Below are positions 7,758 through 15,492 of a DNA stretch of 31,104 nt, one piece after another. Position 1 is the first letter of the stretch. Each line of letters opens with the position of its first letter. The stretch is from Candidatus Xenobia bacterium (GTDB lineage: Bacteria > Vulcanimicrobiota > Xenobia > Xenobiales > QWHO01). Below the pieces are notes generated by a model, which worked only from the letters and a program-made list of their open reading frames with translations, did not search any database and was not told the origin of the DNA. The stretch covers positions 1-31,104 of the forward strand of contig BTUM01000087.1 in NCBI GenBank assembly GCA_045863235.1, written 5' to 3'. The translations under genes were made by a program, and so were the position numbers.

Positions 7758-10700
7758 CTATTCCCGTTCCATCCAGCGGTAGGCGCTGGGGAGCACGAGC
7801 AAGGTCAGCAAAGTCGAGGTGATCAGCCCGCCGATCACCACCGTGGCCAGCGGACGCTGCACTTCCGCCCCGGCACCGTGGGAGACGGCCATGGGGATGA
7901 AGCCGAGACTGGCCACCAGGGCGGTCATCATGACCGGACGCAAGCGCGAGAGCGAGCCTTCCTCGACCGCCTCATCCAGGCTACGCCCCTGGGCGCGCAG
8001 AAGGTTGAGGGCGTTGATCAGCACCAGCCCGTTGAGGACTGCGATGCCAAAGAGGGCGATGAACCCCACTCCGGCGCTGATAGAGAAGGGGAGTCCCCGC
8101 CCGGCCAGGGCCGCAACCCCACCGGTGATGGCGAAGGGCACATTCAGGAAGATCAATCCCGACTGGCGGGCGCTGCGCAGGCTCGCGTAGAGCAGAAAGT
8201 AGATCATGGCCAGGGCCACGGGAACCACCACCAGCAGGCGGTTGCGGGCCCGCTGGTAGTTCTCGAACTGCCCCCCGAAGTCCAGGAAGTAACCCTCCGG
8301 CAAGAGAGGCTGCACCGCCGCCCGGGCCTCGTCCACGAAACTCACCATGTCGCGCCCACGCACATTGGCTTCCACCACGATACGACGCTGGCCGTTCTCG
8401 CGGCTCACCTGGGCCAGTCCCGGCTCGATCCGGATGGAGGCCAGCTCAGAGAGGGGAACCTGGCCTCCCCGGGGCAGGGGGACGGCGATGGCCCCGATAG
8501 CCGTGGGGTCCGACCGGTAGGGAGCCTGCAGGCGCACCACCAGGGGATAGCGGCGATCCCCCAGCATGACCGTGCCGGCCGATCGCTCGCCCACGGCCAG
8601 CTCGACCACGTCGGCCAGGTCGGCCACGCTCAGGCCGTGGCGGGCCATGGCCTGGCGGTCGAACTGGATCTGCAGATAGGGCAGCCCGCTCACCTGCTCG
8701 ACCTGGATGTCGGCCGCTCCCTTGATCTCGGCCAGGCGGGCGGCCACCCTGGCGGCCGTGGTCTTGAGCACGTCCAGGTCTTCTCCGAAGATCTTCAGGC
8801 CCACGTCCGAGCGCACACCGGAGATCAGCTCCGAGACGCGCAGCTCGATCGGCTGAGAGAAGCTGTAGTTCATCCCGGGCACCTCTTTGAGGCGCTGCTC
8901 CATCCTCTCCACCAGCGCGTCCTTGTCGCCGTGCTCGGGGTGCAGGGTGATGATGATGTCCGAGACCTCCACCCCCATCGGGTCGGTGGCGATGTCGGGC
9001 CGGCCGGTCTTGCTGACCACTGTCTTCACCTCGGGGAACTCCTTGATGGCCTGCTCGAGCCGGGTGACCATCTCGATCGACTGGGTCAGCGAGGTGGAAG
9101 GAAGGCGAGACGCCTGGATGGCGATGGCTCCCTCATCGAGCTCGGGCAGAAACTCAGCGCCCATTCGGCTCAAGGTGATCAGGCTCAACAGGAACAGCGT
9201 CAAAGCGATCAGGGCCAGCTGGCCCGGTCGGGCCAGGGCCCAGGTCAGGGCGGGGCGATAGGCCCGGCGGGCCAGCTCGACCAGCCGGCTGTCGCGCTCG
9301 GGACCGCCCCGCTTGAGCCAGTAAGAAGCCAGCACCGGCACGGTGGTCAGGGCCAACAGGAGCGAGCCGCTCAGGGCGAAGACCACGGTGGCGGCCATGG
9401 GAACGAACATCTTGCCTTCCATCCCCGTCAGGGTGAGAAGGGGCAGGTAGACCAGGATGATGATGCCCACCCCGGTCACCACCGGGCGGGCGACCTCCTG
9501 GCAGGCCTGAAGCACCGTGCCCTCGTGCTGGCGCAGTCGGCGCACCGCGTTCTCGACCATCACCACCGAGCCGTCCACGATCAGCCCGAAGTCGATGGCG
9601 CCCAGACTCATCAGGTTGCCGGAGATGCCCGCCTTGACCATCAAGATGGCGGCAAACAGCATGGACAGAGGGATGGCCAGGGCGACGATGAGGGCGGCCC
9701 GCATGTCTCCCAGCGTGAAGAAGAGCACCAGGATGACCAGCACGGCGCCTTCCAACAGGTTGCGAGCCACGGTGGCCAGGGTGCGGTCGACCAGCTCGGT
9801 GCGGTCGTAGAAGGCGTCCAGTGTGGCCCCCGAGGGCAGCGAAGGCTCGATCTCGGTCGACCGCTTGTGCAGGCGACGGGCCACGTTGCGACTGTTCTCG
9901 CCCACCAGCATCATGGCGATGCCGGTCACGATCTCCCCCTGACCGTCCCGGGTGACCGCGCCCTGGCGAAGGGCCGGTCCCATCTCCACGACGGCCACAT
10001 CCCCTACCCGCACGGGCACGCCCCCCGACTCGGACAAAACGATGTCGCGCACGTCCTGCAGGCTTTGAATGCGGCCCAGGCCGCGCACGACGTATTGCTC
10101 GCCCCGGTATTCGAGGTAGCCGCCGGCGGCGTTGAGGTTGTTCTTCTCCAGGGCCTGGAACAGGTCGGCCAGCGTGAGCCCACGCGCCTGCAGCCGGGCC
10201 GGGTGGGCCAGCACCTGGAACTGGGCCTCCAGGCCCCCGAACGAGTTCACCTCGGCCACCCCGCGCAGATTGCGCAGCTGGCGCTTGACCACGAAGTCCT
10301 GCAGCGAGCGCCGCTCCATCAGATCCAGCCCGGGTACGCGCACCTCGTACTGGTAGATCTCCCCCAGACCGGTGGAAATGGGCGCCATCTCGGGGTCGCC
10401 CATCCCCTCGGGGATCTGCCCACGCGCCTCCTGCAATCGCTCGAGCACCAGCTGGCGAGCGAAGAACAGGTCCACCCGGTCCTGGAAGACCACCGTGACC
10501 TGAGACAGGCCATACTTCGAGAGCGAGCGCACCTGCTCCACGCCCGGCAGGCCGGCCAGCGACTGCTCGATGGGGAAGGTGATCTGGCTCTCCACCTCCA
10601 GGGGCGAGCGGGCCTCGGCTTCGGTGTTGATCTGGACCTGCACGTTGGTGACGTCGGGCACCGCGTCGATGGGAAGCTGGCCCAGCGACAGGGCCCCGTA

Positions 10701-10763
10701 CAGGGCTACCAGGAGCGTGAGGAAGAGTACCAGCGGGCGCAGGCTCAGAGACCAGGCGATCAA
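7758..10763 (-). CDS. czcA: CzcA/CusA-family heavy-metal RND efflux permease (CzcA-like)
   Basis: LPIDAVPDVTNVQVQINT, GAIDFGLIVDGSVVMVEN, RLRPVMMTALVASLGFIPMA, GAEVQRPLATVVIGG. TTG start overlaps the czcB stop. Confidence 0.95.
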   Translation of the reverse strand: MIAWSLSLRPLVLFLTLLVALYGALSLGQLPIDAVPDVTNVQVQINTEAEARSPLEVESQITFPIEQSLAGLPGVEQVRSLSKYGLSQVTVVFQDRVDLFFARQLVLERLQEARGQIPEGMGDPEMAPISTGLGEIYQYEVRVPGLDLMERRSLQDFVVKRQLRNLRGVAEVNSFGGLEAQFQVLAHPARLQARGLTLADLFQALEKNNLNAAGGYLEYRGEQYVVRGLGRIQSLQDVRDIVLSESGGVPVRVGDVAVVEMGPALRQGAVTRDGQGEIVTGIAMMLVGENSRNVARRLHKRSTEIEPSLPSGATLDAFYDRTELVDRTLATVARNLLEGAVLVILVLFFTLGDMRAALIVALAIPLSMLFAAILMVKAGISGNLMSLGAIDFGLIVDGSVVMVENAVRRLRQHEGTVLQACQEVARPVVTGVGIIILVYLPLLTLTGMEGKMFVPMAATVVFALSGSLLLALTTVPVLASYWLKRGGPERDSRLVELARRAYRPALTWALARPGQLALIALTLFLLSLITLSRMGAEFLPELDEGAIAIQASRLPSTSLTQSIEMVTRLEQAIKEFPEVKTVVSKTGRPDIATDPMGVEVSDIIITLHPEHGDKDALVERMEQRLKEVPGMNYSFSQPIELRVSELISGVRSDVGLKIFGEDLDVLKTTAARVAARLAEIKGAADIQVEQVSGLPYLQIQFDRQAMARHGLSVADLADVVELAVGERSAGTVMLGDRRYPLVVRLQAPYRSDPTAIGAIAVPLPRGGQVPLSELASIRIEPGLAQVSRENGQRRIVVEANVRGRDMVSFVDEARAAVQPLLPEGYFLDFGGQFENYQRARNRLLVVVPVALAMIYFLLYASLRSARQSGLIFLNVPFAITGGVAALAGRGLPFSISAGVGFIALFGIAVLNGLVLINALNLLRAQGRSLDEAVEEGSLSRLRPVMMTALVASLGFIPMAVSHGAGAEVQRPLATVVIGGLITSTLLTLLVLPSAYRWMERE

Positions 10764-12190
10764 TGCGAGTGTCCCTCCCCCAGAGCGCCGCGCTGGTCCT
10801 CCGACTTGACAAAGAAGGCTCCGGCGGTCACGACTCGCGTCCCCGGCTGGATTCCTTCCAGCACCACGACCCGCTCCCCGCTTGCCGCCCCGAGCTTGAC
10901 CGGAGTCCGCCGGAAGTGGCCCGGCTCCTCGGCCACATAGACGACGTCCTGGCCCTCCACCGTCTGCACCGCGCCGGCCGGCAACGTCATGGCCTGCCCC
11001 TGCCCGGGCCCGAGCAGGCTTACCTGGGCAAACATGTTGGGGCGCAGCCGCCCTCCTGCGTTCTCCAGCTCGACCCGGGCCCGCAGGCTTCGGGTCTGGG
11101 GGTCGAGCTGGGGGTCCACGTAGGTGATCCGGCCGCGGTAGCTCTTCTTCTCGACCATCAGCTCCACCGAGCGAGCCTCTCGCAAGACTTCAGCCTGGCT
11201 CTCGGGCACCGCGATCCAGAGCCAGAGACGGCTGGGGTCGAGCAGCGTGAGCAGGGCGGCTCCCTGGTCCACGGTCTCTCCACGGGTCACCTTGCGGGCG
11301 GTCACGATGCCGTCGATAGGCGCGGTCAGGGTGGTGGAGGCCCCCTGAGCCTCGGCCACGGCTCCCATCGCCTCCACCACGTCGCGCGCGTGGCGCACGT
11401 CGGCCCTGGCGCGAGCGGCCGCGGCCTGAGCTTCGGCCACCTCCCGGTTGGCGACCAGGCCCTGCTTTTGAATGGTCTCTTCGCGCTCGAGGTGGGAACG
11501 AGCTGCTACCAGCTCGCTCTGATACTGGCGCACGTCCGCCTGGGCCTCGCGCAGGGCTCCGCGAGCCTCTTCCTGCTGCTGGGCCGAGGCGATGCCGTCC
11601 GCGAGCAGCTCCTCCACCCGCACCAGACGCCGCGAAGCGACCTCCTCGCGGGCTCGGGCCGAGGCCAGGGCCGACTCGGCCCGGGTCACATCCACCCGCG
11701 CCTCCTCCATCTGGCGGCGGGTCTCGTCCCCCACCCGGGCCAGGCTGGTCCGGCGACCCAGCTCGCGCTCGGCCAGGGCCGTCTCCACCAGCGCCCGCTG
11801 GTAGTCGGCCCGCGCCCGGGCCAGCTCGGGGCTGTCCAGCACCACCAGGCCCTGCCCGGCCTCCACCCGCTGGCCTTCGGTGACCAGCACCTCCAGCACC
11901 CGTCCAGCCACCTGGGCGGTCACGTGCACCTCTCGGTCGGGGTCGGCGGCCAGGCTGCCGGTGGCTTGAAAGGAAGCCTGGGCCGGGCCCAACCGGACCG
12001 TCTCCAGCACGATGCCGGCCCGGCGGATCTGCTCGGCGCTAAGCTCGACCTCGCCCTCGGGATGCTCCTCGTGCTCTTCGTGCTCTTCGTGGCCCTTCTG
12101 AGCTGGCGTGGAAGGGCGCGAGCCGACCCACCAGCCCAGCGCCAGCGCCACCAGGATGAACACCGCCAGAACCCACGCGGGGATTTTCAT
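10760..12190 (-). CDS. czcB: RND periplasmic adaptor (CzcB-like)
   Basis: N-terminal TM, His/Glu tract GHEEHEEHEEH, lipoyl half motifs (APIDGIV), LRPNMF, C-terminal GHSH. Confidence 0.9.
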   Translation of the reverse strand: MKIPAWVLAVFILVALALGWWVGSRPSTPAQKGHEEHEEHEEHPEGEVELSAEQIRRAGIVLETVRLGPAQASFQATGSLAADPDREVHVTAQVAGRVLEVLVTEGQRVEAGQGLVVLDSPELARARADYQRALVETALAERELGRRTSLARVGDETRRQMEEARVDVTRAESALASARAREEVASRRLVRVEELLADGIASAQQQEEARGALREAQADVRQYQSELVAARSHLEREETIQKQGLVANREVAEAQAAAARARADVRHARDVVEAMGAVAEAQGASTTLTAPIDGIVTARKVTRGETVDQGAALLTLLDPSRLWLWIAVPESQAEVLREARSVELMVEKKSYRGRITYVDPQLDPQTRSLRARVELENAGGRLRPNMFAQVSLLGPGQGQAMTLPAGAVQTVEGQDVVYVAEEPGHFRRTPVKLGAASGERVVVLEGIQPGTRVVTAGAFFVKSEDQRGALGEGHSH

Positions 12191-13422
12191 GGTTTCTCCT
12201 CCTTGACCAGCGGAAAGACACCGCCCGAGACCAGATGAAGCTCGAGCCGGCTGACCTGGGCCTCGGCTTCCGATTGAATGCGCTCCAACAGGGCCTCGCG
12301 ATAGGCGCGCTGGGTGTCCAACGTCTCCAACAGCGTGAGAAAGCCCGCATCGTAGCCGCGCTGGCTCAGCTCGGACAGCTCGCGGTAGCGCAGGGTCTGG
12401 TCGCGCAGCGAGTCGCGCCGCCCCAGGAACTCGAGCTGACGCTGCCAGGCTTCCTGCACCTCGAGATCGAGCTCGAGCAGCAGGCTCTCGCGATCCACCG
12501 TCCTCGCCTGCGCCTCGCCGCGGCGCCTGTCCACCTCGGCGCCCACCTCGCCGTAGTCGAAGAGCGGCAGCGAGAGCGACAGCATGACCCCCTGCTCGAT
12601 GTTGGAGCTGTAGAGCTTGGAGCGATAGGCCATGAACTCCAGCGAGGGGGCCATCTCCTTGGTCGCCAGCTCGGCCTCCTTCTGGCCCAGCTCGAGGTTG
12701 CGCTCGGCGGCGGCCACTTCGGGGCGCGAGCGAGCCCGCTCGAGCAGCTCGGTCACCTCGAGCAGCTCTCCGCTCGGGAGCGCCTCGGGGGCCTCCAGTC
12801 CGGCCGGCAGCACCAGCGGCACATCCCGGGCGAGCCCCAACAGCAGGGCCAGCTGCAGGCGGCTGCCGCGCTCCTCCGACTGCACCGCGGCCAGCTCCGC
12901 ATCGGCTCGCGCTTTCTCCAGCTGAGCGCGCAGGTGCTCGTTGCGGGAAACCTCGCCCACTTCGTAACGTCGCAGAGCCACGAACTCGAGCCGCGCGGCC
13001 AGCTGCTGGCGCGTCTGGGCGACCTCCAGCCGCCGGCTGGCGGCCCAGAAGGCATAGTAGGCCCGGGCCACCCGCAGGGCCAGGCGACGCTGCAGCGCGG
13101 TCAGGCCCAGCTCCTCGCGCTCGAGCTCGAGCCGGGCGATCTCCGAACGCAGCCGCGGCTGCCCGGAGATCTCCAGGCGCTGGGTGAAGTTATTGGTCTC
13201 CTCCTGGGCGTCCCCCAGGACGCCGGCCAGGGTGAGGACCGGATTGGGTTGGGTGCCGGTTCCCTCGGCGAAGGCTCGGGCGGCCTCCACGCGCAGTTGA
13301 CGAGCGCGCACCTCGGGGTGGCGGGCCACCCCCGTTTGCACGGCCTCGCTCAGGCTGAGCGAAGATTCTTGAGCCGCCAGCGAGCCAGCCAGCAGGAAGA
13401 CCAGGCAGAGCAAGACACGCAA
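12187..13422 (-). CDS. czcC: TolC-family outer-membrane efflux protein (CzcC-like)
   Basis: Signal peptide, OEP repeats (PNPVLTL, LSLSLPLFD, YDAGFLTLLETLD), TTG start with AAGGAG SD, 4-bp overlap with czcB. Confidence 0.9.
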   Translation of the reverse strand: MRVLLCLVFLLAGSLAAQESSLSLSEAVQTGVARHPEVRARQLRVEAARAFAEGTGTQPNPVLTLAGVLGDAQEETNNFTQRLEISGQPRLRSEIARLELEREELGLTALQRRLALRVARAYYAFWAASRRLEVAQTRQQLAARLEFVALRRYEVGEVSRNEHLRAQLEKARADAELAAVQSEERGSRLQLALLLGLARDVPLVLPAGLEAPEALPSGELLEVTELLERARSRPEVAAAERNLELGQKEAELATKEMAPSLEFMAYRSKLYSSNIEQGVMLSLSLPLFDYGEVGAEVDRRRGEAQARTVDRESLLLELDLEVQEAWQRQLEFLGRRDSLRDQTLRYRELSELSQRGYDAGFLTLLETLDTQRAYREALLERIQSEAEAQVSRLELHLVSGGVFPLVKEEKP

Positions 13423-13431
13423 CAGCCTGCG

Positions 13432-13468
13432 CTCCTTCCGGACGACTCCGGAACTTCGTGCGAAGTTC
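13432..13468 (-). promoter_or_regulatory. Two overlapping hairpins adjoining the czcC ribosome-binding site
   Basis: TTCCGGA-N4-TCCGGAA (13436-13453) and GAACTTC-N4-GAAGTTC (13451-13468) share 3 nt; the first covers part of GGAAGGAG (13432-13439). Confidence 0.55.
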
Positions 13469-13480
13469 TCCCTGTCAGCG

Positions 13481-13783
13481 TCAGGCGGCGGGAGGGGCGC
13501 GCGGTGGGGAGAGACGACCCTCAGGAGGCTCGAGCGGCCTCTCGGGACCCGCCTCGAGGCAGGCGACCAGGGCGACCACCTGAGGCGGCTGCAGCCGCGT
13601 GAGGGTGCAGGGCGGCAGGGCGGCGACCTCGCCGAAGGGCTGACCCGGACTGGCCTGGACCGTGACCGGCAGCAGGCACCCCCCGCTGGGCGGACAGTGG
13701 CAATCGCTCAGCAGGCAGTCGGCGTCCAGGGCGTGCAAAAGGAAGACCGCCAGGACAAAAATCAGCCACGCCCGCCCTCTCAT
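13481..13783 (-). CDS. CzcI/DUF2946-like leader protein with C-terminal RAPP motif, about 100 aa
   Basis: MRGRAWLIFVLAVFLLH N-terminal TM/signal, H-x5-C-x4-CHC-x5-C cluster, Pro-rich tail ending PPRAPPAA*, directly upstream of czcC. Start could be 13831. Confidence 0.75.
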   Translation of the reverse strand: MRGRAWLIFVLAVFLLHALDADCLLSDCHCPPSGGCLLPVTVQASPGQPFGEVAALPPCTLTRLQPPQVVALVACLEAGPERPLEPPEGRLSPPRAPPAA

Positions 13784-13915
13784 GCGCCGCAAGTTCTCGT
13801 CGGAGGCAGGGAGACCCTTTCCCCGGATCATGACCGCAGCCCCCGCGACGGGCGAACCGCGCGGGGACTGCCTCCGGACGGGGCGGAGGGCCCGTCCGAA
13901 TTTTCGCGAGCCGCT

Positions 13916-14389
13916 TCAGGCCGGCAGTGCCGAGGGTGGCGCGAGCAGGGGGATGAGCCGCATGAAGTCGCTGGTGGTCACAATCCCCACCGCTTTGCCC
14001 TTGCGGGTCACGATCAGCCGGTGAATTCGAGCCGTCATCATCAGCTCGGCGGCCTGGGCCACGGGGGCGTTCTCGTCCATGTCGAAGACCACCGGGGTCA
14101 TGATGTCGCCCACCTGGGTGGAGCCGACCTCCTCCACGGTAAAGCCCTCGAGCTCCTCTTCCTCCATCCAGACGTCACGGTAGTAGTTGGGGCGCTCGTG
14201 CTTGGTGAGCACCCCGGTACGGGCGTGAGCCACCAGGTCGGACAAAGAGATCACACCCACCAGCTTGCCGCCTTCCTCCACGGGAGCGCCGCTGATGCCC
14301 TTGTCGACCAAGAGGCGAGCGACCTCTTCCACGTGCATGGTGACCGGAACGGTGATGAGTCGGGTTTCCATCATATCTTTCAGTATCAT
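13916..14389 (-). CDS. CBS domain pair protein
   Basis: ISGAPV..GKLVGVISLSDL and VGDIMT..IHRLIV..AVGIVTTSDF; AGGAGG SD. Confidence 0.92.
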   Translation of the reverse strand: MILKDMMETRLITVPVTMHVEEVARLLVDKGISGAPVEEGGKLVGVISLSDLVAHARTGVLTKHERPNYYRDVWMEEEELEGFTVEEVGSTQVGDIMTPVVFDMDENAPVAQAAELMMTARIHRLIVTRKGKAVGIVTTSDFMRLIPLLAPPSALPA

Positions 14390-14447
14390 CTCGTCCTCCT
14401 GAGCTACCGGGTCGCCTTCAGAGTAAGGGCTGAGGCCACGGGAGGCG

Positions 14448-14936
14448 ATGATCCAGATCAGGGCCCCCAGCGCGGCATTAGCCCATCATCAGAGCATGGA
14501 GCTGGGTCCTTCACATACCTACCTCGAGGAGGCTCCCGAGCCCGAGCCCGACCTGCCCGAGGAGGAGCTGACGCGTCCCCAGAAGCTGGCCGACAGCCTG
14601 TCCGCCACCGTGGGCAGCTGGAAGTTCATCCTGGTGCAGTCGGTCTTGATCGTGCTGTGGGTGACGGTGAACCTGGCCTGGGCCAGGGGGTGGGACCCGT
14701 ATCCCTTTATCCTGCTGAACCTGTTCCTCAGCTTCCAGGCCGCCTACACGGGACCCATCGTGCTGATGAGCCAGAATCGCCTGGCCGAGCGCGACCGGCT
14801 GACCCAGGCCAGCGACCTGCGCGTGGACGTGCGTGCCGAGCGCGAGATCGAGGTCATCATGCTCCACCTGATCCACCACGACCGCCTGCTCCATCGCCTC
14901 GAGCAGAAGCTCGACCAGCTCCAGCAAAGTCGGTAA
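14448..14936 (+). CDS. DUF1003 membrane protein
   Basis: ADSLSATVGSWKFI..WDPYPFILLNLFLSFQAAYTGPIVLMSQNR signature; GGGAGG SD. Confidence 0.92.
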   Translation: MIQIRAPSAALAHHQSMELGPSHTYLEEAPEPEPDLPEEELTRPQKLADSLSATVGSWKFILVQSVLIVLWVTVNLAWARGWDPYPFILLNLFLSFQAAYTGPIVLMSQNRLAERDRLTQASDLRVDVRAEREIEVIMLHLIHHDRLLHRLEQKLDQLQQSR

Positions 14937-14938
14937 GG

Positions 14939-15448
14939 TCAGTCGGTCTGAAAACTCTCGAAATAGCGCCGATGGTCGGTATTGCTTCCGTAAGCCGTCA
15001 GAGCGTAAATGCGGTTTCCCAGAGGGTCCATGATGATGCGCACGTAGGCGGGCAGGTCCTCGCCGTCGGGCAATTGGAGGTAGCCGGTGAGGTCATATCC
15101 TTTGGAAAAAGTGAGCGGCACCTGGCTGCCGACCTGCATGTGAGAGCTGCTCACGAAGCTCCGGGTGAAGTTGCTCAGCTGCTGGTCTTGCTCCGAGTCG
15201 GACATCCCGCTCAGCCCGTCGAGGCGAGCCGCGGCAAAGAGGTAGAGCCGCTTTCCCCGGGTCCCCTCGGACCGGACCGTCCACTCGTTGAGCTCCGAGT
15301 CGCTCCGGGTCTGCTCGGGCTGGCCCGGTACCGAGAGCGAAAAGGTGCCATCGGGTGCAGTGAAGCTCTGCCATTCGGATTGAGACCATCCGACGGCGGT
15401 CGCCAGCAAAACGATCAAAAGCGAAAGGAGCCTGGAATTCAGCATCAC
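14939..15448 (-). CDS. Secreted hypothetical protein (possibly PsbP/Mog1-like fold)
   Basis: Signal peptide, then WQSFTAPDGTFSLSVPGQP, ending RYFESFQ. Fold assignment is tentative. Confidence 0.75.
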   Translation of the reverse strand: MMLNSRLLSLLIVLLATAVGWSQSEWQSFTAPDGTFSLSVPGQPEQTRSDSELNEWTVRSEGTRGKRLYLFAAARLDGLSGMSDSEQDQQLSNFTRSFVSSSHMQVGSQVPLTFSKGYDLTGYLQLPDGEDLPAYVRIIMDPLGNRIYALTAYGSNTDHRRYFESFQTD

Positions 15449-15492
15449 CCGCCTTTCAAGGTCTCTGGCAGGGACCCTTCCTGGAGAGAAGG

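Noticed and set aside
12061..12092. 9-bp repeat (GTGCTCTTC) inside czcB
   Set aside because: Encodes the ordinary His/Glu tract of CzcB-type adaptors.
13841..13898. GC-rich hairpins between the CBS gene and the RAPP ORF
   Set aside because: 7-8-bp GC stems with no U-tract on the transcribed strand; not distinguishable from chance at this GC content.
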